Numbered from the stretch's first letter, positions 42,194-52,403 are shown. The stretch: 64,000 nucleotides of DNA from Sphingorhabdus sp. (GCF_046596595.1 NZ_JBKJMB010000087.1:31591-95590); one strand, 5' to 3'. Notes: a model not told the origin generated them from the letters alone. A program made the numbers and translations.

Positions 42194-44809
42194 TTAGAAC
42201 TTCGCCGCAACCCGTACGCCGTAAAAGCGTGGTGGCGATGGATATACTGCGTAGCTGTTGCCCTGTTCAGGGATTGGGAACGCAGTGATATTGTAATATG
42301 TGTCGAACAGGTTCTCGACATATCCCTCGACGCTATATTTGCCGTCACCAAAGTTCACGCCCGCGCGCAGGTTGACGATGCCAAAGCCGTCATTCGCGGT
42401 GAAGCGACGTGCAAGCGGATCGTTTAACGGGAATGCATCGCTGTTCACGCGGTAATCGACATGGAACAAGCCACCCACACCGTCGCTGATTTGCGGCGTC
42501 CAGGTCATCGCACCTGTGATGGTGTGCTTTGGCTGGTTGGATGCCTGACGACCATTGTCACCGCCGGCAAGCGGGCTGGCATCGGTCGCCTTTGCGTCAA
42601 CATAGGTGTAGCCCAAGTTGAACGCGAGATCAGGATGTGGCCGGATGATGCTTTCGAGCTCGACGCCCTTCGACACCAGCTTATCGAAGTTCAAAACCAC
42701 GAAGTTGGTGCCTGAAAAACGGTTCGACTGGTAGTTTTTGAAATCCGAGTAGAACAACGTCGCGTTGAACTGAAACTGGCGCGTGAAGTTGGTCTTCACG
42801 CCGATTTCATAGGCATCAACGGTTTCGTTGCCGAACTCCAGATCTTCGATCTGTGCGCCATTGCCGCCCAAAAGCACGGAATCGAAGCTGCCACGGTCAA
42901 GATTATATCCGCCCGATTTATAACCACGATCATATCCGCCGTAGATTAGGATATCGTCATTCACCTTGAACGACAGCTTCGCCGTTCCCGTGAATTCGCT
43001 TTCCGACCGGTCGCCAGAGCGCACGCCGTTAAATTCGCTGTTCACTGTTGGGTTGCAGGTCAAAAGGAATGCCGAATTCAACAGTCCAGCACCCTGCAAT
43101 GCTGCACGGTAAGGTGCAGTCGCCGGGTTCTGGAAGAACGCACAGGCCGGAACAACGCTGGTCAGGTCGGTGTCGATATCCTTGGTTTCGTGGTTGTAAC
43201 GCAGGCCCAATGTCAGCGACAGATTGTCGGTGAAATTGATGATGTTGTGCGTAAACGCGGCAAAAGCCTGGGTATCGACCTTATACGCATCATTCTGCTG
43301 TCCCGCACCATTTGGCGTGCGTGGCAGCGGGCTGTTGAACAAGCCGAACAAAGCGGGGTTTCCAGCGGCTGCAGCGGCCAGCGCCGGGTTGGTTGCCAAC
43401 GCAACCTGACCGAACAATGGTGTCGCGGGGCCAAGTGTGCCGAACAACTGCAAACCTGATGGCAGGCCAACGCTTCGCGTCAGTTCACGAATGACGCCGT
43501 CCACATATTGGTCGGCCTGCGCGCCGAAACGCACAGTATCATTCAGTGTCAGTTTTTCATTCAGGTAGAAACCACCCACAAGCCAGTCGAGCTTGTCATT
43601 GAACGCCGTGCCCTGCAAACGCAGTTCCTGCGTGAAATCCTTAATGGTCGTGCGGTAATTGTCACGATAGGCGCGGTCAAGACCGGAGAAATCAATGTCC
43701 TGGTTCCGCTTGGCTTTCCAATCACGATAGGCTGTGATCGACGTCAGCGTAGCGTTGCCGAAATCCCAGTTCAGCTCGCCCGAAACGCCCCATTCCTTGA
43801 CGGCTTCGGCCAGGTCACGACCGGGTGTCACCGCCATGTCGCGGCTGCCACGTGTGTACGCCGGAATGCCGATGGTACCAGCAGTGCCGCCCAATGCAGG
43901 AACGCCTGCAAAGCCGCGGATGATGTTGGTGCCAACAAGCGCAAGTGCCGAGCTGCTGCTTGCGTCAATGCCAGGGAAAATCGACAGGCCGCTCAGCGTG
44001 TTTACCGCGCCACAGCAGGATTCGTCGGTCTTTGCGTAGTCACCGATCAGACGGAAGCTGACATCTTCATTTTCAAACAAGGCCTGACCACGCACAAAAT
44101 AGCGGTCGATATTGTTGATGCGGTTGTCGCTGTTGACGTCGCGGATATAACCGTCACGCTTGTGATAGCCGCCATCAAGACGCAGCGCGAGCTGTTCACT
44201 GACCGGGCCAGTGACACCAGCCTTGACTTCGATTTCGTTGAGATTGCCGTAGCTGCCTTCAACATAGCCGCCGAGTTCAAATTTTGGCTTTTGCGTGGTG
44301 ATGTTCAATGCACCTGCCGACGTGTTGCGGCCGAACAATGTGCCCTGTGGTCCGCGCAAGACTTCAACGCGCTCAATCGGCGGAAGCTCGGCAAGCGCAA
44401 CGCCTGCACGTGAACGGAACACGCCGTCGATGAACACGCCAACAGCGGGTTCAAAGCCGGGGTTGTCGCCCGCAGTACCAATGCCACGGATCGACAGAAC
44501 CGCTCCGGTTGCGGAGGACTGGCCAGTGGTGGTTTTCAATGACGGAGCAAGCTGTTGAATGCCGCGAATGTCAACAACGCCGGCATTGGCAAGCTGTTCG
44601 CCGCCAACAACGCTTACGGCCAGCGGCACATCCTGTGCTGCCTGGTCGCGGCGCGTGGCCGTCACGATAATTTCATTGTCGGAATAAGCGTCGTCGCCGG
44701 TTCCTGTGGTCGCTTCCTGGGCCTGAACTTCGCCGTCTTGGGCGAACGCAGCCGTCGTCGGCGCAACAAGCACGGCAACGCCGGCCAGCAGCATATGGAT
44801 GGATTTCAT
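42194..44809 (-). CDS. TonB-dependent receptor
   Basis: Signal peptide from MKSIHMLL, EIIVTATRR TonB box, plug IERVEVLRGPQGTLFGRN and C-terminal PRFYGVRVAAKF. Confidence 0.92.
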   Translation of the reverse strand: MKSIHMLLAGVAVLVAPTTAAFAQDGEVQAQEATTGTGDDAYSDNEIIVTATRRDQAAQDVPLAVSVVGGEQLANAGVVDIRGIQQLAPSLKTTTGQSSATGAVLSIRGIGTAGDNPGFEPAVGVFIDGVFRSRAGVALAELPPIERVEVLRGPQGTLFGRNTSAGALNITTQKPKFELGGYVEGSYGNLNEIEVKAGVTGPVSEQLALRLDGGYHKRDGYIRDVNSDNRINNIDRYFVRGQALFENEDVSFRLIGDYAKTDESCCGAVNTLSGLSIFPGIDASSSSALALVGTNIIRGFAGVPALGGTAGTIGIPAYTRGSRDMAVTPGRDLAEAVKEWGVSGELNWDFGNATLTSITAYRDWKAKRNQDIDFSGLDRAYRDNYRTTIKDFTQELRLQGTAFNDKLDWLVGGFYLNEKLTLNDTVRFGAQADQYVDGVIRELTRSVGLPSGLQLFGTLGPATPLFGQVALATNPALAAAAAGNPALFGLFNSPLPRTPNGAGQQNDAYKVDTQAFAAFTHNIINFTDNLSLTLGLRYNHETKDIDTDLTSVVPACAFFQNPATAPYRAALQGAGLLNSAFLLTCNPTVNSEFNGVRSGDRSESEFTGTAKLSFKVNDDILIYGGYDRGYKSGGYNLDRGSFDSVLLGGNGAQIEDLEFGNETVDAYEIGVKTNFTRQFQFNATLFYSDFKNYQSNRFSGTNFVVLNFDKLVSKGVELESIIRPHPDLAFNLGYTYVDAKATDASPLAGGDNGRQASNQPKHTITGAMTWTPQISDGVGGLFHVDYRVNSDAFPLNDPLARRFTANDGFGIVNLRAGVNFGDGKYSVEGYVENLFDTYYNITAFPIPEQGNSYAVYPSPPRFYGVRVAAKF

Positions 44810-44977
44810 GATGTTCCTCTTTAGACTTTTTGCGGACAAACCGCTTGGGGGAGAACACGGCGGCTTTTTGTGCCGTCGCTTTCCCCGCGTTAGAACATGT
44901 TGCAATTTAACGCCAAGGAAAATAGCGGAATTCCGCCATTATCACGTCTTTTGTGGCATTCAAGTCACAGCGTCGTG

Positions 44978-45811
44978 TCAGGCTGCCTTGCGTGCTTCGT
45001 CCGCTTCACGATCAAGAAACGCACGAATGGCCCTGATGCTTTCTTCGACATGGCTCAACAGGAACAAATGCCCGCCATTTTCCACGACGAACAGCTCGCT
45101 GTTCGGGATCAGGAAATTCAAAAACTTGCCATTAGCGAGCGGCACAATCTGGTCATCATCGCCCATCATGATCAACGTTTCGGTTTTCATGAACGGAAGA
45201 AACGGCGCGCTGGTCCAGCCCATCATCGCCATCAACTGGTAGAAATATCCGGTCTTCGACGGTGGTTTCAGCCGCTCGATATGCTCCGACTTGTTGCCGA
45301 CCATGCCGCCATACAATGTCTTGAAATGCTTTGCCATGAAATCGGGGTCAATATAACGGCGCGGGTCTGCCATTTTGATAAGCGATGCAGGGTTTCCGGG
45401 CACCATCAACATCCCGGCACTGGTCGCCACAAGAATGAGCTTGTTCGTGCGCGCATTGTTCTGCAGCGCAAATTGCTGCGCCATCGCGCCGCCCCAGCTG
45501 ACGCCAAGAACGTCAACGATGGGCATGTCAAACCGGTCAAGCAGCAAGCCTGCAATCCGCGACATGAGGATAGCGTTGTAGGGCACAACCGGATCAGGTG
45601 AACCGCCAATGCCCGGCATGTCAAACGTGATAAAATCGCGGTCATCCAACAGCTCAGCCATAGGCGCCATCGCCTCAATATTCGCGCCAATGCCGTTGAA
45701 GAACAAGATCGGCAGCCTGTCCGTAGGCTTCGAGGCACGCCAAACCGCGACCCGCAAGACGCGGCCATCGACGGTCTCCATGCTGAAAGTAGGCGCGCGG
45801 TTCTTGGTCAT
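44978..45811 (-). CDS. phaZ: Intracellular PHA depolymerase, Pseudomonas PhaZ type
   Basis: LFFNGIGAN, DMPGIGGS, GVSWGGAMAQQFA, YFYQL and GHLFL; start MTKNRAP. Confidence 0.82.
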   Translation of the reverse strand: MTKNRAPTFSMETVDGRVLRVAVWRASKPTDRLPILFFNGIGANIEAMAPMAELLDDRDFITFDMPGIGGSPDPVVPYNAILMSRIAGLLLDRFDMPIVDVLGVSWGGAMAQQFALQNNARTNKLILVATSAGMLMVPGNPASLIKMADPRRYIDPDFMAKHFKTLYGGMVGNKSEHIERLKPPSKTGYFYQLMAMMGWTSAPFLPFMKTETLIMMGDDDQIVPLANGKFLNFLIPNSELFVVENGGHLFLLSHVEESIRAIRAFLDREADEARKAA

Positions 45812-45837
45812 GTGTGTTCCTTGAATTTCGAAAAAAG

Positions 45838-46098
45838 TTAGGCTGCTTTTGCAGCGGGTGCGCCGCGCAGCAACCCTTCGGTGCTCAGATCCTCGTCGAG
45901 ATCTGGCCAGTGGATGCCAAAGCCGCCGCCGCATTTTTCCCAATGCGCGCGCTGTTCTGCTGAAGCGTTCGAAAGGCGGGGGTACCAAGCAAGCGGCGCT
46001 GAAATTGTGCGGCCATCCATCAAGTCGACAATCAAGCTGTGCTCATCAAACCGCACATCGAGAACGCGCTCATCGGAAACTTTAGCCGAAATATTCAT
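45838..46098 (-). CDS. DUF2442-domain protein (putative antitoxin)
   Basis: LIVDLMDGRTISAPLAWYPRL and GIHWPDLDEDLS. Confidence 0.88.
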   Translation of the reverse strand: MNISAKVSDERVLDVRFDEHSLIVDLMDGRTISAPLAWYPRLSNASAEQRAHWEKCGGGFGIHWPDLDEDLSTEGLLRGAPAAKAA

Positions 46099-46315
46099 AC
46101 CACTTCTCCGTGAACATCGCCTGATGCTCGCTGACCATATTGATTATGCCAGAAATCTCGTGCGCGCGAAAGCCCCGGCTTTTTGCAACCTCCAAGCTCT
46201 CCAGCCAAACCTTAATTGTCGCTTCGCCTTTGTCGATGTGCACATGCGGCGGCTCGTTAGGTTCGTGGCTGTAGAAATAAAAGCGACAACCGTTCTGGCG
46301 ATAAATGGTTGGCAC
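46082..46315 (-). CDS. DUF4160-domain protein (putative HicA-like toxin)
   Basis: MPTI..NGCRFYFYSHEPNEPPHVHI...WYEYFG; overlaps the DUF2442 start by 17 nt. Confidence 0.88.
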   Translation of the reverse strand: MPTIYRQNGCRFYFYSHEPNEPPHVHIDKGEATIKVWLESLEVAKSRGFRAHEISGIINMVSEHQAMFTEKWYEYFG

Positions 46316-46409
46316 GCTTTCCCCTCACTCCAAAGCACATAGCAGCCGTGCGGCTTCCGCCGAACAGTCCAATTTAATCCGCACAGGTCGTGACCGTTCC
46401 GATCGCTCA

Positions 46410-46664
46410 TTACTCATTTTCCCGTCCGGGTTCCTCTTTGCGTTTCTTTTGGGAATCCAGTGCCTCAATCCGGTTTTTAGAAGCAGGATCCAGCACTGAA
46501 GAGAGAAATAGCCCGACCATGACGATAAATTCCGAAGATCGCCTCAGCTTTCGATATGTCGCATTTGAAAGCCTTCGTGTTTGTGCCACACGCAACGACC
46601 CTATTCCCACTGCCCCTGTGAGCACCAAAAATACTACGATGGCTGCAAAGGCATAAGTCTCCAA
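46410..46664 (-). CDS. Small two-TM hypothetical membrane protein
   Basis: 84 aa with two hydrophobic stretches and a charged tail; starts 6 nt after the phaC stop. Confidence 0.4.
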   Translation of the reverse strand: METYAFAAIVVFLVLTGAVGIGSLRVAQTRRLSNATYRKLRRSSEFIVMVGLFLSSVLDPASKNRIEALDSQKKRKEEPGRENE

Positions 46665-46669
46665 TCCCC

Positions 46670-48427
46670 CTACTCCAAAACATAAAGCCCCGGTGCGGCT
46701 TCCATCGCTGGATGCGCTTTGCTGCCCAGCGTTGCAGGCGCAGCAACCTCGTCACCCGACCGCGCGTGGAGCCATTGCATCCAATATGGCCACCAGCTTC
46801 CGGCGACTTCTTCGGTGCCCTTCATCCATTCGGCCACATCAGCAGGCGTCTTGCCCTTGGAATGCTTCCAATATTTCGCCTTGGGGTTGCCCGGAGGGTT
46901 CAGGATGGCTTGCATATGTCCAGCCTGGCTCAGGATGAATTCGATATTCTTGCTGCCGAACAATTGCGTCGAACGATAGCAAGCGCGCCATGGCGTGATG
47001 TGGTCGGTGGTTCCGCCCAGCACAAACAGGTCGCCCGTCACCTTGGTCAGGTCAAGCGTGTGGTCCGCGATCTCGAACGTTCCCGGCGCGGCATAGGCAT
47101 TGGCTTCGAACAGCTCAAGGAAATCGCCCATGAGTGCCGACGACAGGTTGGTCGCGTCGGCATTCCAGAACAGGATGTCGAACGCTGGTGGATCATCGCC
47201 GAGCAGATAATTGTTGATGACATAGTTCCAGATGAGGTCATTTGGCCGCAACCATGCAAAGCCGCGAGCAAGGCTGCTGCCCTCGATTACGCCCTTCTTC
47301 TGCGCGCGCTGCCGCGCCAGCGCGATGCCATTGTGCGACACAAGGCTCGATGCTTCGGTGTCGCCGGGCTTTGGTTCCAACACGCACACCATCATGGTGA
47401 TGGCGTTGGCGCGTGTGTCGCCCATCGACGCCAGCTTTGACAAAAGCACCGACATCGTCTGCCCGCCCGAACAGCCGCCCGAAATGTTCACCTTGTCACT
47501 GCCGGTAATTTCGCACACGACGTCCAAAGCCTTGATGCAGCTTTCGATATATTCCGCCATGCCCCACACGCCCATGTCGTCGGTCGGGTTGCGCCATGAG
47601 ATCATGAATGGCTGAATCCCGTGGTCGGTCTGCCATTTGATAATCGATTTTTCCGGAGACAGATCGTTGATATACATTTTGTTGATCTGCGGCGGAATGG
47701 TCAGTTGCGGCGTGGCATAGACCTTGTCGGTGGTCGGCGCATAATGGATGAGTTCAAATCGTTCGTCGCGATAGACCACTGCACCCTTGGCGGTCGCGAC
47801 ATTTTCGCCGAGCTTGAACGGCTTTTTGTTGACCTGGCTCACCATCATATCGTTGTGGACCATGTCGTTATAGGCGTTTTTCAAGCCCTTCACGAGGCTC
47901 AGCCCGCCGGAGTCCACAAGCCTTTTCTGCGCAGTCGGGTTGCCGATCAGGCTGTTTGTGGGCGACATTGCATCAATAATGATCTGCGAAATGAAGTTCG
48001 CGCGGTCGCGTTCCAGCGCGTCGAGATCGAGGTCCTGAATATAGCTTTTGACGCCCTTTTGCACCGCGAGATAATATTGCGCGCCTGCCTTGAAAAACGG
48101 GTTGAAGGTCCATGCCGGGTCCATGAAACGCTTGTCCTTGGGGTCAGGCGCAAGGTCCGACTTTCCGGTCATAATCTTGACGACATCTTCAGAAAAGTTA
48201 GTGGTTGCCTTCCACGCCTTGTCGGGATTGGTCGCGGTTTGGCGCAACATCAGGCCAATCGCGCCGATGAAATCCTCCCGCGCCAATCCAGCCAGCGGGC
48301 CAAGCGCCATGGTAGCATCATTGGCGGCATCAAATGCGCCTGCAACACCAGAAAATGGCGCGCCTTTCTTTTGTGTTTTCTTCTTGTCCGCTTTCGCGTT
48401 GCCGTTTGTGTCCGCCTTGCTCGCCAT
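46670..48427 (-). CDS. phaC: Poly(hydroxyalkanoate) synthase, class II-like
   Basis: PPQINKMYINDLSPEKS, lipase box GGCSGG, FDILFWNAD, DHITPW, GHMQAILNPPGNPK and GSWWPYW. Confidence 0.9.
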   Translation of the reverse strand: MASKADTNGNAKADKKKTQKKGAPFSGVAGAFDAANDATMALGPLAGLAREDFIGAIGLMLRQTATNPDKAWKATTNFSEDVVKIMTGKSDLAPDPKDKRFMDPAWTFNPFFKAGAQYYLAVQKGVKSYIQDLDLDALERDRANFISQIIIDAMSPTNSLIGNPTAQKRLVDSGGLSLVKGLKNAYNDMVHNDMMVSQVNKKPFKLGENVATAKGAVVYRDERFELIHYAPTTDKVYATPQLTIPPQINKMYINDLSPEKSIIKWQTDHGIQPFMISWRNPTDDMGVWGMAEYIESCIKALDVVCEITGSDKVNISGGCSGGQTMSVLLSKLASMGDTRANAITMMVCVLEPKPGDTEASSLVSHNGIALARQRAQKKGVIEGSSLARGFAWLRPNDLIWNYVINNYLLGDDPPAFDILFWNADATNLSSALMGDFLELFEANAYAAPGTFEIADHTLDLTKVTGDLFVLGGTTDHITPWRACYRSTQLFGSKNIEFILSQAGHMQAILNPPGNPKAKYWKHSKGKTPADVAEWMKGTEEVAGSWWPYWMQWLHARSGDEVAAPATLGSKAHPAMEAAPGLYVLE

Positions 48428-48706
48428 ATTGCTCTCCTCTTCCCACGTTCGCAGGTTTACACGGTGCAACCATTTGGTCAAACACTCCCCGCAATGTTAA
48501 TTTTAGCGATCAAAAACTGATGAACCGCGCGCAAGCGTGTGAGCGCTCAAAAACTAGCATAATTTATTGATAATAATATATTTTTAATCCATCTAAAGTA
48601 ATAGTTTTTATGCCGATTTCGCGCATGTTTCCGCGGCGCTGATAATCCCGACCGACTATTCAGTTCAGACTCTGTTAAAGGTCTGGGCTTAGGAAAGAAT
48701 GCCATA

Positions 48707-49411
48707 ATGACCATTATTCCAGAGCAATTGTCGATGCTCGATGGCAACGATGAACCTGCTTCATCGGAGACATCAATCATTGCGTCACGGCCAATCGTTG
48801 ACCTGCGCAATAGCCAAGTCATGGCCTTTGAATATGTCGCCTGCGACCATTACAGTTTCTTGCCACGCCAACATATTCTGTCGGTCCTTGACCTGCAATA
48901 TATCCTGGAAACCGGCAAATTTTTATCGTTGCCCGAAATACTGATTTCGGTCCCGACTGACATTTTTGTCGGACTGGATCTTTCGAACAAAATGGCTTGG
49001 GGATTACGGTCACTCCTGTCGCAGGGAACCCATATTGACGTCCTTTTGTCTACAACCGAAGGGGAAATGACGAGCAGTTCAATCGGCAATGCCATACAAA
49101 ACTGGCGCCGTGTTGGATGCAGCGTTGGCATTGACGGCTTTGGATATGCCGCTGTGCCTGCGCTTTGGCCGTTGGTTCATGATGTCGATGTCGTGCGTTT
49201 CGACCAAAGGTTGATTGGCATGCTGCGTGCCAATGTCATTCCGGCCTTGCCCACGCAAAAACTGGTCAGTTTCGTTGCTGCGATGGGCATCTCGCGCATC
49301 ATCCTCGATGGCTGTCAGTCCATTGATGATGCCATGATGTTTCAGGACGCGGGCGCGACCCATGGCCAAGGTCCTGTATTTGGTGAATTCAGTCTAACCC
49401 AGCCGCATTGA
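48707..49411 (+). CDS. Degenerate stand-alone EAL-domain protein
   Basis: EAL-fold remnants RPIVDL..FEY, GIDGFG, DVVRFD and GQG; canonical catalytic motifs are altered. Confidence 0.65.
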   Translation: MTIIPEQLSMLDGNDEPASSETSIIASRPIVDLRNSQVMAFEYVACDHYSFLPRQHILSVLDLQYILETGKFLSLPEILISVPTDIFVGLDLSNKMAWGLRSLLSQGTHIDVLLSTTEGEMTSSSIGNAIQNWRRVGCSVGIDGFGYAAVPALWPLVHDVDVVRFDQRLIGMLRANVIPALPTQKLVSFVAAMGISRIILDGCQSIDDAMMFQDAGATHGQGPVFGEFSLTQPH

Positions 49412-49456
49412 TGTGCCGCACTTGCGTCGTGCGACAGGGCCGCTAATCCCGCATAT

Positions 49457-50014
49457 ATGAGCCTGCTGGAAATCATTGCCGTTTTGCTCGGCATCACGAA
49501 CATCATCTTGATTATCCGCCGGTCGGTGTGGAATTTTCCCGTCGCAATTGTGATGGTCGCGCTGTATTTTGTCATATTCCGCGACGCCAAACTCTACAGC
49601 GACGCCAGCTTACAAATCTTTTTCGCCATCGTGAACATGTATGGCTGGTGGAGCTGGACGCGTAACAAGGCCGACAGCGGCATTGTCGTCGTCCGGCGCA
49701 TTCCAAAAACCGGCTATGCGTTGTGGATATTGGGGTCGGTTGCTGCGATCTGGGGCTGGGGCGCAGTAATGCACGCCGAGACCGATGCCAGCTATCCCTA
49801 TTGGGACGCATCTGTTGCGATGCTCTCGATTGCTGGCCAGATTTTGATGGCACGGCGCTTTGTCGAAAACTGGCATTTCTGGATTGTCGTCAACCTGATC
49901 TCGATCCCGCTATATGCCATGAAAGAACTCTATCTCACGGCAGGCCTGTACAGCGTTTTTCTCGTCCTCGCGGTCGCTGGCCTCATCGAATGGCGCAAGG
50001 TGCAGCAGAGATGA
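49457..50014 (+). CDS. pnuC: Nicotinamide riboside transporter PnuC
   Basis: RRSVWNFP, LYSDASLQIFF, YGWWSW, ARRFVENWHFWIVVN. Confidence 0.88.
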   Translation: MSLLEIIAVLLGITNIILIIRRSVWNFPVAIVMVALYFVIFRDAKLYSDASLQIFFAIVNMYGWWSWTRNKADSGIVVVRRIPKTGYALWILGSVAAIWGWGAVMHAETDASYPYWDASVAMLSIAGQILMARRFVENWHFWIVVNLISIPLYAMKELYLTAGLYSVFLVLAVAGLIEWRKVQQR

Positions 50015-50541
50015 AACGCATTTGCCTGCACGGCCCGGAAAGCACTGGAAAATCGACATTGGGCACGCGGCTTGCTGCTGAGCTCGGCTGCGAAATCGTA
50101 CCCGAATATGGCCGCGCATATTGCGAGGCACATGGCACCGATATCGACATCGAAGCGCTCGTCCATATCGCGCGCACTCAGGACGCAATGAACCGCGCCG
50201 CCGCCGCGCGCGCCGCCGAACTGCGCGCAGGCTTTGTGTTGTTTGATACCGACCCGCTAATTACGGCGGTGTGGTCCGACATGATGTTTGGCGCAGCGGA
50301 GAAATATAAACGCGACGCCTATTTCGATCATTTTTCGGGCTTTGCCGATCTCTATCTGTTGCTCGACATTGACTTGCCCTTCGTTGACGATGGCTTGCGC
50401 GTCTATGCGCAACCTGCCGAGCGGCAGCACTTTTTCGACCTCTGCATAAGTGAGCTAGAAATGCGTGGTGTACGTCATGTCCGCATTCAGGGCGTTGGCG
50501 AAGCCCGCTTTGAAGCGGCGAAGGCGGCAGTATTGGCCTAA
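50011..50541 (+). CDS. NadR-like P-loop kinase (AAA_28)
   Basis: GPESTGKST, VPEYGRAY, DTDPLIT and DLPFVDDGLR; 4-bp overlap with pnuC. Confidence 0.85.
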   Translation: MKRICLHGPESTGKSTLGTRLAAELGCEIVPEYGRAYCEAHGTDIDIEALVHIARTQDAMNRAAAARAAELRAGFVLFDTDPLITAVWSDMMFGAAEKYKRDAYFDHFSGFADLYLLLDIDLPFVDDGLRVYAQPAERQHFFDLCISELEMRGVRHVRIQGVGEARFEAAKAAVLA

Positions 50542-52403
50542 CCCTTCTCCAACGCCTCGCTCGCCGCAACCCATCTGGCTTCGGCGGCTTCTTGCGCGGC
50601 GACGATCTTGCCGCGGCGTTGCGACAGTTCGCCCATCGTCAGGTCCTTATATTCGTTCGCTGCTGACGCAGGGTCGAACATCGCGCGGTCGATTGCACTC
50701 AGGACAACCTCAAACTTCGCAAGATCGGCTTCGGCGTCGCTGACGTCGCGCTTGAGCTTGGCCTGCGCCTCACGCGCAGCGGCTTGGGCCTTCTTGTCTT
50801 CCTTGCGGTCGGCCTTGGACAGCTTCTCTTTCGCTGGCCCCTTGCCCAGGATGAAGTCGGTATAATCCTCAATCGTGCCGGTAAACTCGGTCGCGGTGCC
50901 ATTGTCCACCAGCACCAGCCGGTCAGCCGTCAATTCAAGCATATGCCGGTCATGGCTGACCAACACCACAGTGCCCTCATATTCGTTCAACGCCTGAACC
51001 AGCGCCTCACGCGCGTCGACGTCCAAGTGGTTCGTCGGCTCGTCAAGGATCAGCATATGCGGCGCATCGCGCGTGATCAGCGCCAGCGCCAGCCGCGCGC
51101 GTTCGCCACCCGAAAGCTTGCCGACCTTGGTGGTCGCCTTCGCGCCCGAGAAGCCAAAGCGTCCAAGCTGCGCGCGGACCGCGCCGGGGCTCGCACCCTT
51201 CATCTGGTGAGTCATATGTTCAAGCGGGGTATCATCGCCGTCGAGTTCCTCAACCTGATATTGCGTGAAATAGCCGACGCGCATTTTGCCCGACGAACTC
51301 ATGGACCCATCCATCGGCGTCAGTTGCGCCGCGAGCAGTCGCGCGAGCGTCGTCTTGCCATTACCGTTGCGTCCCAGCAACGCGATCCGGTCATCGGGGT
51401 CAATGCGCAGGTTCAGCCGCTGTAATATGGGGTTACCCTCGGTATAACCGACACTCGCCAGATCAAGCGTCACCAATGGCGGTTTCAATTCGTCAGGACT
51501 TGGAAAATCGAAGCTCAATGTCGGATCTTCGGCCATAGCGGCAATCGGCTGCATGCGCGCAAGCGCCTTGGCTCTCGACTGCGCCTGCTTTGCGGTCGAG
51601 GCACGCGCCGAGTTGCGCGCGACATAATCCTGCAACTTGGCGCGTTGCGCATCCTGGCTCGCCTTGGCCGCCGCAAGCTGCGCTGCACGCTCGGCACGTT
51701 GGCGCTCGAACGAGTCATAACCGCCCGAATACAGCGTCACCTGACCATTATCCAAATGCAGGATATGGTCGACGACATTGTTCAAAAGGTCGCGTTCGTG
51801 GCTGATCACGACCATCATCGCGGGATAGCCCTTGAGGAAATTCTCGAGCCACAATGTCGCTTCCAAATCCAAGTGGTTTGAAGGTTCGTCGAGCAGCAAG
51901 AGGTCAGGCTGCGAAAACAGCAGGGAAGCCAACGCCACGCGCATTTTCCAGCCACCAGAAAAGCTATCGAGCGGCTTGGCCTGCATTTCCTCGTCAAAGC
52001 CAAGCCCGACGAGGATTCGCGAAGCCCGCGCTGGCGCGGTATACGCATCGATTGCAATCAGCCGTTCATGCACTTCGGCCATGCGGTCTGGGTCAAGCCC
52101 CTCCTCCTCGCTTTCGATCATCAAAGCTGCGCGCTCGGTATCTGCGGCCAGCACCGTTTCAAACGGCGTGGAGTCACCCGCAGGCGCCTCCTGCGCGATA
52201 TAACCGATGCGCGTGCCCTTGGGCATGTCCATCGATCCGTCATCGGCCTCAAGCGAGCCGATCATTACCTTCATGAGCGTCGATTTACCCGCGCCATTGC
52301 GCCCGATCAGGCCGACACGACCATAAGGCGGCAACGCGGCGGTAGCGCTGTCAAGGATAGTGCGTCCGCCAAGGCGCACGGTGATACCGTTCAGGTTAAG
52401 CAT
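50538..52403 (-). CDS. ABC-F family ATP-binding protein (YheS-like)
   Basis: Two NBDs: GRNGAGKST/FSGGWKMR/LDEPSNHLD and GRNGNGKTT/LSGGERAR/LDEPTNHLD; no TM domains. Confidence 0.93.
   Translation of the reverse strand: MLNLNGITVRLGGRTILDSATAALPPYGRVGLIGRNGAGKSTLMKVMIGSLEADDGSMDMPKGTRIGYIAQEAPAGDSTPFETVLAADTERAALMIESEEEGLDPDRMAEVHERLIAIDAYTAPARASRILVGLGFDEEMQAKPLDSFSGGWKMRVALASLLFSQPDLLLLDEPSNHLDLEATLWLENFLKGYPAMMVVISHERDLLNNVVDHILHLDNGQVTLYSGGYDSFERQRAERAAQLAAAKASQDAQRAKLQDYVARNSARASTAKQAQSRAKALARMQPIAAMAEDPTLSFDFPSPDELKPPLVTLDLASVGYTEGNPILQRLNLRIDPDDRIALLGRNGNGKTTLARLLAAQLTPMDGSMSSSGKMRVGYFTQYQVEELDGDDTPLEHMTHQMKGASPGAVRAQLGRFGFSGAKATTKVGKLSGGERARLALALITRDAPHMLILDEPTNHLDVDAREALVQALNEYEGTVVLVSHDRHMLELTADRLVLVDNGTATEFTGTIEDYTDFILGKGPAKEKLSKADRKEDKKAQAAAREAQAKLKRDVSDAEADLAKFEVVLSAIDRAMFDPASAANEYKDLTMGELSQRRGKIVAAQEAAEARWVAASEALEKG

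Noticed and set aside
44810-49460. Riboswitches upstream of the TonB receptor or pnuC
   Set aside because: No cobalamin, TPP or other recognisable riboswitch cores. The pnuC intergenic gap is only 45 bp.
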